Assembly: GCA_043825985.1 (NCBI GenBank)
Contig: JBDRRB010000018.1
Coordinates: forward strand, 16,934-80,933
DNA from: a bacterium
GTDB taxonomy: Bacteria; Patescibacteriota; Patescibacteriia; SG8-24
Reading direction: 5' to 3'
DNA length: 64,000 nucleotides
Of the stretch, positions 18,573-28,134 are shown in pieces (positions within the stretch are counted from its first letter, which is position 1; every line of letters starts with the position of its first letter). The translations under genes and the position numbers were made by a program. The notes under the pieces were generated by a model. It was not told where the DNA came from. It searched no databases and saw only the letters and a list, made by a program, of their open reading frames with translations.

Positions 18573-20330
18573 TTATTTTTCCAGGCGGTAGACGACGACG
18601 TCGTCGCCCTCCCGAAGGCCGGCGGTGATCTCGACGTGGTCGTCGGACTCCAGGCCGACGTCGACCGAGACGCGGCGCACCGCATCGCCGTCGCCGAGCA
18701 GCTCGACGTACGGACCGTCGCTGTCCCGACGGAGCGCCCGGACCGGGACGCGCAGGGCACCCGTCCGCCGATCGGTCTCGATCCCCAGGTCAGCGGTCAT
18801 GCCGGAGCGCAGGCGCTCGTCCTCGGCGTCGAACTTGACGGTCGTCTTGTAGAAGATGACGTTGTCGACCACTGTCTCGGCCGGCTGGATGGCGGTCACG
18901 GTACCGGTCCACGACTCGCCGCCCACGAACGCGTCCAGGGCCACCGAAACCGGATCGCCGACATGGAGCTTGGCGATGTCGATCTCCGAGATGTTGGCGA
19001 TGACCTCCAGGTTGCCCTTGGCGTTGAGCTCGACGACCGTCTGGCTGACCTGGACCCGTTCACCCAGCTCGACCGAGACCTTGGTCACCGTGCAGTCGAT
19101 CGGCGCTGAGACCAGCCGCTTGTTCAGGTCATTCTGCAGTCCGACCAGGCGGGCGCTCTCGGCCGCAACCGCCGCCCGCTGGGCCGCCACGCCCTCCGGA
19201 CGAACGCCGGCGCGCTTCAGGACGAGCGAGGCCTCGGCTTCGGCCAGCAGGCTCTCGTTGGTGGTGACGGTCTTCTCGGCGGTGTTCAGCGCGGCGACTG
19301 CGTTCGACACGCCGACCTCGGCGCTGATCAGGTCGGTATCGTTCTGCCGAACCTGAAGGTCCAGACCGGAACTGTCCGACAGCAGCGACTGCATGGCCGA
19401 CGACAGCGCGGCCCGCGCGGTGTTGGTGTTGGCCCGGTAGGTGGCGAGCGTAGTCGCGTCGACGCCGATGGCCGAGTTCAGGGCGGAGTTAACCGCCTCC
19501 AGGTAGGTCTTGACGCTCGACAGGTGCGGAACCATGTTCGCGTACTGCAGGCGCACCGTGTCCGGCGTCGGATCGGCCGCGGCCGTGATGCGGGCCGCCT
19601 CGATCGGAGCCAGGGCGTTCAGGGCGGCGCGCCGGGTGCTGATGGCGTCGTTCGAGGCCTGGGCGCTGTTGACGGAGAAGCTCAGGAAGCCGACCGAGTC
19701 GAAAAGCGGCGCGGTCAGGCGGTTCACGGCATCGTTGGCGGCGATGGACGCGTCGTCCATGTCGGTCAGAAAGGAATTGACCTTCACGCTGACCTGAATC
19801 TGGGCCTTCTCGCGCGCGTTGAGCAGGCTCTTCTGGGCATTGTCGAGCGCCACCTTGGCGTCGTCACGGGCCAGCCGGGAAGCCTCGAGCCGCGTCCGGG
19901 ACGTCTCGACCCCGCGTTCGGTCACCGCCAACTCGGCCTCGGTCGGACCGGCCTGGTACTCGGCCAGCTTGGCCTGGGCCGAAGCCAACGCGGCACGCTG
20001 GGCCAGTATCTGCGCCTCGATGTCCGCGGTGTCCAGGCGCACCAGCAGGTCCCCGGCCTTAACCTCCTGACCCTCGGCCACGGCGATCTCGGTCACCCGA
20101 CCGGACACCTCAGGCTGCAGCTCGATCTTCGAGCTGGGCGCGATCGATCCGGTCACCGAGATCACCTCGACCACGTCGCCGCGGTCGACCGCATAGGTCT
20201 CGTACTCGACCTTCGGCTGCCCCCCGAAGACGACCGACAGGACGACGATCAGGACCACGACGGCCCCGACCGCCGCCAGAATCTTCTTTCTCCGGCTAAG
20301 AACTGGAAATTTCATATTGTTGTCCGCCAC
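18573..20330 (-). CDS. HlyD-family periplasmic adaptor (membrane fusion protein)
   Basis: N-terminal TM, long coiled-coil, beta-barrel/lipoyl-like C-terminus. It is the first gene of the adaptor-ATPase-permease-permease operon. Confidence 0.8.
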   Translation of the reverse strand: MADNNMKFPVLSRRKKILAAVGAVVVLIVVLSVVFGGQPKVEYETYAVDRGDVVEVISVTGSIAPSSKIELQPEVSGRVTEIAVAEGQEVKAGDLLVRLDTADIEAQILAQRAALASAQAKLAEYQAGPTEAELAVTERGVETSRTRLEASRLARDDAKVALDNAQKSLLNAREKAQIQVSVKVNSFLTDMDDASIAANDAVNRLTAPLFDSVGFLSFSVNSAQASNDAISTRRAALNALAPIEAARITAAADPTPDTVRLQYANMVPHLSSVKTYLEAVNSALNSAIGVDATTLATYRANTNTARAALSSAMQSLLSDSSGLDLQVRQNDTDLISAEVGVSNAVAALNTAEKTVTTNESLLAEAEASLVLKRAGVRPEGVAAQRAAVAAESARLVGLQNDLNKRLVSAPIDCTVTKVSVELGERVQVSQTVVELNAKGNLEVIANISEIDIAKLHVGDPVSVALDAFVGGESWTGTVTAIQPAETVVDNVIFYKTTVKFDAEDERLRSGMTADLGIETDRRTGALRVPVRALRRDSDGPYVELLGDGDAVRRVSVDVGLESDDHVEITAGLREGDDVVVYRLEK

Positions 20331-20466
20331 AGCGCGCTAAACGAGGGAAAAACCGTTTCCATGACTGAATAATGATCCCGCTGCTTGAAAAGCGGGGAAC
20401 TTTAGACTAGGATAGCCTCATTTGGCCCGTAAATCAAGGGAGAACGCAAAAATCAGACCGACCTAA

Positions 20467-21411
20467 ATGATCGACTGGAAAGCCGAAAAAAAGCCGATAA
20501 TCGCCCTCGCGCCGATGGCCGACATGACCGACTCGGCCTTTTGCCGTATCGCCAAGCGTTGCGGGTGCCGGATCGTGTTCCGGGAGATGGTCAGCGCCGA
20601 GGCCCTGGTGCGCGAATCCGAGAAGACGCTGCGGATGGCCGACTTCCGCGAGGAGGAACGGCCGATCGTGCAGCAGGTCTTCGGCTCCGACCCGGCGATC
20701 ATGGCCGAGGCGGTCCGGCAGCTGGACGAACGGTTCGCCCCGGACGCCTTCGACATCAACATGGGCTGTCCGGCGACCAAGATCATCGGCGGGTTCAACG
20801 GCGCGGCGCTGATGCTGGAGCCGCAGCGGGCGGCGGAGATCGTCCGGTCGGTCAAGTCGGTGACCGGCCGAGAGGTCTCGGTCAAGACGCGCCTCGGATG
20901 GTCCGATCCGACCGAGATACTGGAGTTCGCCAAGGTGATCGAGGATGCCGGAGCAGACCTGATCTCGATCCACGGCCGGACCAAGAAGCAGGGCTATGCC
21001 GGAACCGCCGACTGGGAAATGATCGGCCGGGCCCGGAAGACGGTCAGCATTCCGATGCTCGCCAACGGCGACGTGTTCGGGCCGGACGACGCCGTGCGGG
21101 CCCTGCAGGTGACCGGCTGCGACGGACTGCTGGTGGCGCGGGGCAGCCTGGGCAATCCCTGGATATTCTCGCGCATCGAGGCGATGCTCGCCGGAAACGG
21201 TTCGGCCGGTCCGAGCGAAGACGAAAAGACGGCGACCGTGCTCGAGCATGCCCGACTTCACGCCGAACTGTACGGCGGAGAGAAGCCGCTGGTCACGTTC
21301 CGCAAGCACCTGGCCTGGTATTTCCGCGGCACGCCGGGAGCGAAGGCGCTGCGCGAACGGCTGATGCAGGTCGAGACGCTCTCCGACCTCGAACGCTGCC
21401 TGAGGGCGTAG
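20467..21411 (+). CDS. dus: tRNA-dihydrouridine synthase
   Basis: IALAPMADMTD...DINMGCP...VKTRLGW...IHGRT motifs of the Dus TIM barrel. Confidence 0.9.
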   Translation: MIDWKAEKKPIIALAPMADMTDSAFCRIAKRCGCRIVFREMVSAEALVRESEKTLRMADFREEERPIVQQVFGSDPAIMAEAVRQLDERFAPDAFDINMGCPATKIIGGFNGAALMLEPQRAAEIVRSVKSVTGREVSVKTRLGWSDPTEILEFAKVIEDAGADLISIHGRTKKQGYAGTADWEMIGRARKTVSIPMLANGDVFGPDDAVRALQVTGCDGLLVARGSLGNPWIFSRIEAMLAGNGSAGPSEDEKTATVLEHARLHAELYGGEKPLVTFRKHLAWYFRGTPGAKALRERLMQVETLSDLERCLRA

Positions 21412-21503
21412 CGCGTCACCGTTCCGCCGGGCCGCCGCCGTCTCCCGTGACGGCGGCTTTTGAGCTATGCTGAACCGGTAAGCGACCCAAACCGACAGTC
21501 ATC

Positions 21504-22226
21504 ATGGACATCAGTGACCAAGAACGACACGCATCGCACCGTCGGGCGGCCATCGGCCTGAGCCTGACGCTGCTGCTGCTGCTCACGGCGACGGTCGCCG
21601 GAATGGAGGCGTTCGCGCCGGACGGCGAATCGGCGCAGGTGCCAAGGACGAATCGAGCGGCTCGACCTGAAGGAAACGGAGCGGCCGAACAGGAAATTCG
21701 ACCAGCCGAACCGCTCCAGGCCGCGCTGGCCCCGACCGGCACGGAGGCCGTAGCCCGCGGACACGTCAGCCGGACGCTGGCCCTGGCATCAGCCGATGAC
21801 GGAACGGCGACCGGACAGCCGTCAGATGACAGTGAACCGGCCGGCGGCGGCACCGTGCAGGAAGGCAGCAGGCCCAGCTCCGAAGTGTCCGCAGCGGAGA
21901 CGCAAACAGACACGACGTCTCAGACTGGGATCGGCAGCAGCAGTTCCGGATCGTCGTCAGGCGGTAGCTCCGGACAGTCGTCCGGCAACAGTGCGGACAC
22001 GAACGACGACATCGAGGACAACGGCAACGACAGTGCCGATCCGTCTAGTTCAACAGCAGAAACCGATCAGGATCAGGATCCGGAACAGAGCGCCGTCGAC
22101 TCCCTGATCGAGGCACTGACCGGATTCTGGCTAAGGCTCTGGGAGACTGTCCGGGACGCAGCCATCGGACTGGCCGGATGGACCAGGGAGACGTTCGACG
22201 TCCGGGTCGAGGAAGGTTCGCAATGA
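21504..22226 (+). CDS. Membrane-anchored low-complexity Ser/Gly/Asp-rich protein (hypothetical)
   Basis: N-terminal TM (LSLTLLLLLTATVAG), long disordered acidic/Ser-rich region, amphipathic C-terminus. Terminator follows at ~22292-22325. Confidence 0.45.
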   Translation: MDISDQERHASHRRAAIGLSLTLLLLLTATVAGMEAFAPDGESAQVPRTNRAARPEGNGAAEQEIRPAEPLQAALAPTGTEAVARGHVSRTLALASADDGTATGQPSDDSEPAGGGTVQEGSRPSSEVSAAETQTDTTSQTGIGSSSSGSSSGGSSGQSSGNSADTNDDIEDNGNDSADPSSSTAETDQDQDPEQSAVDSLIEALTGFWLRLWETVRDAAIGLAGWTRETFDVRVEEGSQ

Positions 22227-22291
22227 TCAAACTCCGCCAACCAAAACCAGCCGCGTTGGACCGACCGATATCGTCCGTCACCACAAACCAA

Positions 22292-22325
22292 AACGCGCCC
22301 CTAAAGGGACGCGCTTTCTTTTTAT
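22292..22325 (+). terminator. Intrinsic terminator after 21504..22226
   Basis: cgcgcccc-taaa-gggacgcg hairpin followed by CTTTCTTTTT. Confidence 0.5.
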
Positions 22326-22343
22326 CGAGGGCCGACACTGCCG

Positions 22344-23408
22344 CTAGGCAGTTCCGTCTGACTCCGGTTCCGCACTTACATCCGAAACCTGCTGACGGAA
22401 ACGTCGCTCGTAGATGTCGTAGAGAGCCAAGGTCACGGCCAGGGTCAGCGGTCCGAGGATGAAGCCGGAGAAGCCGTAGAACTTCAGGCCGCCGAGGATC
22501 GACAGTAGGATCAGGAGCGGATGGATCTTGGTCTGACTCTCGACCAGCTTCGGCTGAAGGAAGTTGTCGACCGTGCCGATGAGGGCGACCGACACCAGCA
22601 GCAGCCCGACGGCGGCGGCCACGTGTCCGGTCAGCAGCAGGTAGGCGGCAGCCGGGACGGTGGTCAATGAGATGCCGAAGATCGGGACGAACGACGCGAT
22701 GCCGGTCATGCCGCCCCAGAAGAGCGGCGCCGGGACGCCGAACATCCAGAAGAAGAAACCGGCCAGGATGCCCTTGATGATGCCCATGATGAGGATACCG
22801 CCCATGACCGCGCGGACGGCCACGCTGACCCGACTGAACATGACCTCGTCGTACTCGTCGGCCAGGGGTGAGATGGCCAGCAGCTTCTTCTTGATCCGCG
22901 AACCGTCCTTGAGCAGGTAGTAGACCGAGATCAGCATCACCAGGAAGCCGAACACGATCGAGAAGGCGTTCGAGAACAGGCCGAGCAGGTTCGAGGACAG
23001 CGACTGGGCCATCCCGCTGGCCAACGATACGGCCTGCTCGATGAGGCGCGGAATCTGCGAATGCAGGTTCTGCGGCAGAATCCCGGCCAGATACTCCGGT
23101 ACGCTGAAGACCGTCAGCTGACCCTTCAGGTCGGCGAACACCCCGACCAGCTCGCTGGCCAGCGCAGCCAGGAAGAAGGACAGCGGCAGCAGCACGACCA
23201 GGGCTACGAAGATTACGGTCAGGAAGGCGGCGGACACCTCGGACTTGAATATCCGGTTGAGGCTCCGATAGAGCGGACGGGTGACTATGGCCAGCACGCC
23301 GCCGAAGGCCAGCAGGGTCAAATAGGGCTTAAATACGAGCAAAGTCAGGACAGTGCTCAGTCCCAAGGTGACCAGGAAAAAGATTGTCTCGTATCTCTTT
23401 TGGCTCAT
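22344..23408 (-). CDS. AI-2E family transporter (PerM-like permease)
   Basis: 354-aa polytopic membrane protein with the AI-2E/UPF0118 topology and a conserved C-terminal region. Confidence 0.75.
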   Translation of the reverse strand: MSQKRYETIFFLVTLGLSTVLTLLVFKPYLTLLAFGGVLAIVTRPLYRSLNRIFKSEVSAAFLTVIFVALVVLLPLSFFLAALASELVGVFADLKGQLTVFSVPEYLAGILPQNLHSQIPRLIEQAVSLASGMAQSLSSNLLGLFSNAFSIVFGFLVMLISVYYLLKDGSRIKKKLLAISPLADEYDEVMFSRVSVAVRAVMGGILIMGIIKGILAGFFFWMFGVPAPLFWGGMTGIASFVPIFGISLTTVPAAAYLLLTGHVAAAVGLLLVSVALIGTVDNFLQPKLVESQTKIHPLLILLSILGGLKFYGFSGFILGPLTLAVTLALYDIYERRFRQQVSDVSAEPESDGTA

Positions 23409-23556
23409 AACACCTTAAGTATAGCAAAAAATCGGCCCCTCCGCCAGCCCCCCCACCCGACATGGCCGATGCAGCCGAGACCTAAAACAAAAGCCGAGTC
23501 GACCGACGCGGTTCGATGCTGGCCGTCGTTTTTGACAGAAAATCCAGTCAGTCGCG

Positions 23557-24528
23557 CTAGTCCGCGAACTCGAGGACGAACATCCGACCCCGACTGCCGG
23601 CGTTCATGACTCCCACGCCGACCCTGGCATGGGCCGACGAAAGAGCGGCCGAGACGAATTCCTGGTTGGCGGTCAAACCCCGAAAGACCAAGTCGACGTC
23701 CGGCGCATGGGCCAGGCTCTCAGTCAGCCGAACGAACGCGATCCCGGAGTCGGTCGCCCGATTGTCCGGCGTCCGGCCTTCGGGCGTAAGAGACGAGAGG
23801 TAGCCGCGGACGAACATGTCGTCGCCGTGCCGACGGGCCACGGCCACGAGCGACTGGTCCATGACCAACGGACGCAGTCCTTCGGACTGACGCCGTTCGT
23901 TCAGCCGCGCAAACAGTTCTTCCTCGGCCAACGTGTCCGGAAACGTCTCGACAGTCGAAGGCCAGAGCACGACCGCGGTTCCGCTGCCGCCGGGCGAAGA
24001 GAAGGCCAGGCTCTCGTAGGCGTCCGAACCTCCGGTCAGGCGGGCACCGAACGACTCGACGGTCTGGGCCGACCGAACGAGCGCCGAACCAGACCTGGAC
24101 AGCATGACCTTCTGCTTGACCGACACCGGAAACTGGAACGACAGCAGCAAAGACAGGACGAACATGGCCAGAACCGGCACCTCGACCGCCGCAACCAGCG
24201 CACCGACCGGCTTAGTCCATGACGACTTCGACCAGCAGGTCGACGAACGGGAATGCAGAAAACTGAAGATCGGGGGAACGACGATCTCCGCCGCCGCCCA
24301 AACCGCCAGGAACGACAGCGGCTTGCCCAACGGATACGGCAGGCCGAATACGTCGGCCAGGAGACGGGCAGCCGGAACGTACGACAGCAGCGCCAGCAGC
24401 AGCCCGGCGACCAGTCCGGACATCTCCAAGACTACGGCCGCCGCACCCTTGCGGTAGCCATGCAGCAGAAAGACGAGCGCTGCGGCCAGCAGCCCGAAAT
24501 CCACCAAATTCAACGCCATGTTTGGCAT
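23557..24528 (-). CDS. CvpA-family membrane domain fused to CAP/SCP (PR-1-like) domain
   Basis: N-terminal four-TM CvpA-like region. C-terminal ...NERRQSEGLRPL...HGDDM...Y...ENL... CAP-domain-like. Confidence 0.55.
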   Translation of the reverse strand: MPNMALNLVDFGLLAAALVFLLHGYRKGAAAVVLEMSGLVAGLLLALLSYVPAARLLADVFGLPYPLGKPLSFLAVWAAAEIVVPPIFSFLHSRSSTCWSKSSWTKPVGALVAAVEVPVLAMFVLSLLLSFQFPVSVKQKVMLSRSGSALVRSAQTVESFGARLTGGSDAYESLAFSSPGGSGTAVVLWPSTVETFPDTLAEEELFARLNERRQSEGLRPLVMDQSLVAVARRHGDDMFVRGYLSSLTPEGRTPDNRATDSGIAFVRLTESLAHAPDVDLVFRGLTANQEFVSAALSSAHARVGVGVMNAGSRGRMFVLEFAD

Positions 24529-24645
24529 GACTGCATTATAACAGAAGGCGCGACGCGACGGCCGAACGGCCCCGCCGAATCCGACGCTTCCAGATCGTGA
24601 CTCATGCCAAACGAAAAGGACGTCCCGATTCGAGACGTCCTGCGT

Positions 24646-25683
24646 TCAGTTCAGGCTGATGTGCTCCCAAGGAAACTCGTCGCGGCCGAAGTGCCCGTAG
24701 GCGGCGGTCGCGCGGTAGATCGGCCGGCGCAGACCGAGCCGCTCGATGATGGCCATCGGCCGGAAGTCAAAATGCTCCCGGAGATATTCGGACAGGTCAC
24801 GTCCGTCGCCCGACCGGGCCTCGAGCATGACCGGCTCCTCACGACCGATGGCGTAGGCCACCGTCACCAGGCAGCTCCTGGCCACGCCGTTCGCGACGAT
24901 GTTCTTGGCCGCAAACCGGGCCATGTAGGCCGCCGAACGGTCGACCTTGGTCGGATCCTTGCCGGAGAACGCGCCGCCGCCGTGCGGCATGAGCCCGCCG
25001 TAGGTGTCGACCATGATCTTGCGTCCGGTCAGTCCGGTGTCGGCCGAAAAGCCGCCGACCGAGAACGAGCCGGTCGGATTGATCAGCAGCCGGGAGTCGT
25101 CCATCTCCCCGACGGTCGGAAGTATCAGGTGTTCCTTCAGGAGCGACCTGACCTTCTCCGGATCGGTACCCTCGGCATGCTGAGCCGACACGACGACCGT
25201 CTGCACCCGTGAACCGTCGACCGTCACCTGGGTCTTGCCGTCCGGCCGCAGCCACTTGAACTCGGAATGATGACGGCGCAGATTCCCCAGCCCCCAGGAA
25301 AGCCGATGGGCCAGCACCATGCACTCGGGCAGGTACTCCGGCGTCTCCGCCGTGGCGTATCCGTACATGATGCCCTGATCCCCCGCCCCGCCGAGATCAA
25401 CGCCGCGGGCGATGTCCGGCGACTGCTCCTCGATGTTGGTGAATACCTCGATGTCGTCCTCGTAGCCGATCTCCTTATAGACGGCCTGCGCCACCTGCGC
25501 CGGATCGACCTCGGCCATCGACGTCACCTCCCCGCCGACCATCACCGCCCCGTGGGAACCGAAAACCTCCACCGCCACGCGGCTGCGGGGATCCTTGGCC
25601 AGATAGGCATCAAGGATGGCGTCGGCGATCTGATCACAGATCTTGTCCGGATGCCCTTCGGTGACCGATTCGACTGTCTTCAT
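24646..25683 (-). CDS. metK: S-adenosylmethionine synthetase
   Basis: ESVTEGHPDKICDQIADAILD, GAGDQGIMYGYA, GGGAFSGKDPTKVDRSAAY signatures. Start trimmed to MKTVESV. Confidence 0.92.
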   Translation of the reverse strand: MKTVESVTEGHPDKICDQIADAILDAYLAKDPRSRVAVEVFGSHGAVMVGGEVTSMAEVDPAQVAQAVYKEIGYEDDIEVFTNIEEQSPDIARGVDLGGAGDQGIMYGYATAETPEYLPECMVLAHRLSWGLGNLRRHHSEFKWLRPDGKTQVTVDGSRVQTVVVSAQHAEGTDPEKVRSLLKEHLILPTVGEMDDSRLLINPTGSFSVGGFSADTGLTGRKIMVDTYGGLMPHGGGAFSGKDPTKVDRSAAYMARFAAKNIVANGVARSCLVTVAYAIGREEPVMLEARSGDGRDLSEYLREHFDFRPMAIIERLGLRRPIYRATAAYGHFGRDEFPWEHISLN

Positions 25684-25869
25684 AGTTATGGAAACCGCCT
25701 CGACACGGCGATGGGCTGCCTTCAGGACGCCAGAAAGGTCCAAACGGCCAAAATAGCGCCCACCTTCAGGAGCCTACCTTATATGATCGTCCGCCTTACC
25801 GCAAGAATTCACTCAACAGTCGAAAACGGGAGCGATCTGGGGGTCCGGCGAGTCGACCGGCCGGACGAT

Positions 25870-28014
25870 TCAGACGTCGCGAAGATACGAACCCTTCTTC
25901 TTCCAGCTGGCCACGCGACGCCTGACGGCGCTCATCTCGCCCAGGTCATCGACCTCGATCGTCTCGTCCTCGTAGTCGGGGTCGGCATAGAGATGGACCG
26001 AACCGGACCCCGAACGTCCGCCGTCTGATTCGTCGTCCGGAAAGTCGAGGCACGAACGGTCGGCCTCGGTGATAAACATCGACGGGTACTCGATCCCGCC
26101 GTCAAAGCCGGCCCGTCGCGGATAGCACAGGAACAGCCGCTGCCTGGCCCGGGTGACGGCGACGTAAAACAGGCGCCGCTCCTCCTCCAGACCGCCCGGC
26201 TCGGCGAACGCCCGCTGGTTGGGAAAGCCGGAGCCGGTCAGGTGCATGACGAAGACGGTGTCCCATTCGAGTCCCTTGGCCTGATGGATGGTCGACAGCA
26301 CGACCTGCCGTCCCTGGTTCCGGCTGCGGCCGCCGTTCCGCGAATGGACCGCGTCGTTCAGCGCGACCTCGGCCAGGAAGTCCACGACCTTCTCGTAGCC
26401 GTCGGCGAAGGCCGCGAGCTGGCCCAGGTCCTCGAGCCGCTCGCGCGAGTTGGGGTATTCCGAATTCAGGTAGCTGACATAGGGCGAGTCGAGGAGGGCC
26501 CGGACCATGTCGGCCGGACGTCCGGCTGCTGCCGAGACTCCTTCGAGCGTGGTGCGCAGGTCGCGCCAGCCGACGGCCGCGCGGCGTCCGGCGATCGACT
26601 CGACGGCCGGCGACAGCAGCGCCTGCTCGAGCGAGCCGAACGACAGCACGGCGGCGAAGATTCGGTCAGCGGTGACGTCGCCGATCCCCTGCTGGAACGA
26701 CAGCACCCGCCGCCAGGCCGCCTCGTCCGCCAGGTTGCTGGTCAGCCGCAGGAAGGCCAGCGCGTCCTTGACGTGGGCCCGCTCGAAGAAACGCAGCCCG
26801 CCCCGGTACTCGTACTCCAGGCCGCGCCGCATCAGCTCGAACTCCAGCGCCTGCGAGTGGTGGGTGGCACGGAACAGCACGGCGATCTCCCTCGGGTCGA
26901 CCGCCGCGGACGACACCAGGTCGGCGATCCGGTCGGCGATGTAGGCGGCCTCGGCGGCGACCGACGGCAGCGACATGACGCGCGGCAGCGACGATCCCGG
27001 ACGGACGGCCCGCAGGCGCTTGGGAAACTGGTCGACGTTACGGGAGATGACGTCGTTCGCCAAGTCGAGTATCTCGGGAGTCGAACGATAGTTGGTCTCC
27101 AGCCGGAACTGACGGGCGCCGGGAAAGTGCTGCGGGAAGTCGAGGATGTTCCTGACGTTCGCCGCCCGAAATGAATAGATGCTCTGGGCGTCGTCGCCGA
27201 CCGCCAGCACGTTTCCGTGCGCCTCGGAAAGCAGGCGCACGATGCTGTCCTGGAGGGCGTTCGTGTCCTGGTACTCGTCGACCAGGATGAAACGAAAGCG
27301 AGACGAAACTGACTTCCGCACGTCCGCCTCGTCCGACAGCAAAAAGTACAGGTGCAGCAGCAGGTCGTCGAAGTCCATGGCGTTGCCGTCCCGCTTCTTG
27401 CGGTCGTACGTCTCGAGCACGCCGACGATGTCCCTCTCCAGGTGCATGAAGTCCGGATACTTCCGTTCCAGTACCGAACTGACCGACACCATGGCGTTCT
27501 TGGCGTAGCTGGCCACGGACTGCACCACGGCCGGCGACGGGAAACGGCTCTCCTTAGTGTCGAGGACCAGCTCGCGGATGCAGGCCTTGACCATCGTCTT
27601 GGCGTCCTCCTGGTCGAGGATGGTGAAATTGGGACGGAAGCCTAGGCGTTCGGCGTGCTGCCGGAGCAGCCGATTGGCGACCGAATGAAAGGTGCCGCCC
27701 CACAGGCCGCCGACGTCGCCGCGGCCGGAGAGCAGCTCGGTGATGCGGCCCATCATCTCGTCGGCCGCCTTGTTGGTGAAGGTCAGGAGCAGGATCTCTT
27801 CCGGCCGGACACCCTGACCGATCAGGTGGGCCACGCGGTAGACGACCGTCCTGGTCTTGCCCGAACCGGCGCCGGCCAGCACCAGGCAGTGCCCGTCGCC
27901 CTCAGTCACGGCCCGGTACTGCTCGTCGTTCAGCAGGTTCCGAAAGTCAGCCGACGTCTCCGTCCGTCCGTCGGCCTTCGGTGTCCTGACCCTGGTCGTC
28001 GTGTCTCCGCTCAT
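25870..28014 (-). CDS. UvrD/PcrA-type superfamily-1 DNA helicase
   Basis: Motif I AGAGSGKT, motif II/III region FILVDEYQDTN, motif VI VAVTRARQRL. Start uncertain (28014 vs 28083). Confidence 0.88.
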   Translation of the reverse strand: MSGDTTTRVRTPKADGRTETSADFRNLLNDEQYRAVTEGDGHCLVLAGAGSGKTRTVVYRVAHLIGQGVRPEEILLLTFTNKAADEMMGRITELLSGRGDVGGLWGGTFHSVANRLLRQHAERLGFRPNFTILDQEDAKTMVKACIRELVLDTKESRFPSPAVVQSVASYAKNAMVSVSSVLERKYPDFMHLERDIVGVLETYDRKKRDGNAMDFDDLLLHLYFLLSDEADVRKSVSSRFRFILVDEYQDTNALQDSIVRLLSEAHGNVLAVGDDAQSIYSFRAANVRNILDFPQHFPGARQFRLETNYRSTPEILDLANDVISRNVDQFPKRLRAVRPGSSLPRVMSLPSVAAEAAYIADRIADLVSSAAVDPREIAVLFRATHHSQALEFELMRRGLEYEYRGGLRFFERAHVKDALAFLRLTSNLADEAAWRRVLSFQQGIGDVTADRIFAAVLSFGSLEQALLSPAVESIAGRRAAVGWRDLRTTLEGVSAAAGRPADMVRALLDSPYVSYLNSEYPNSRERLEDLGQLAAFADGYEKVVDFLAEVALNDAVHSRNGGRSRNQGRQVVLSTIHQAKGLEWDTVFVMHLTGSGFPNQRAFAEPGGLEEERRLFYVAVTRARQRLFLCYPRRAGFDGGIEYPSMFITEADRSCLDFPDDESDGGRSGSGSVHLYADPDYEDETIEVDDLGEMSAVRRRVASWKKKGSYLRDV

Positions 28015-28134
28015 GCGTCTGTCGTTAATGGGCCCGAGCCCGCAATGGTCTCCACTATACAGTCGTCCGGACAGGCCGGGCAAACCGCAAAAGGCGGAAC
28101 CGCGAGCCCGAGCCGCCGGTCCCGCCGAAACCGC

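Noticed and set aside
25684-25869. SAM riboswitch upstream of metK.
   Set aside because: The reverse-complemented leader lacks the SAM-I, SAM-II or SAM-IV conserved cores. It contains only a duplicated CCTGAAGG motif.
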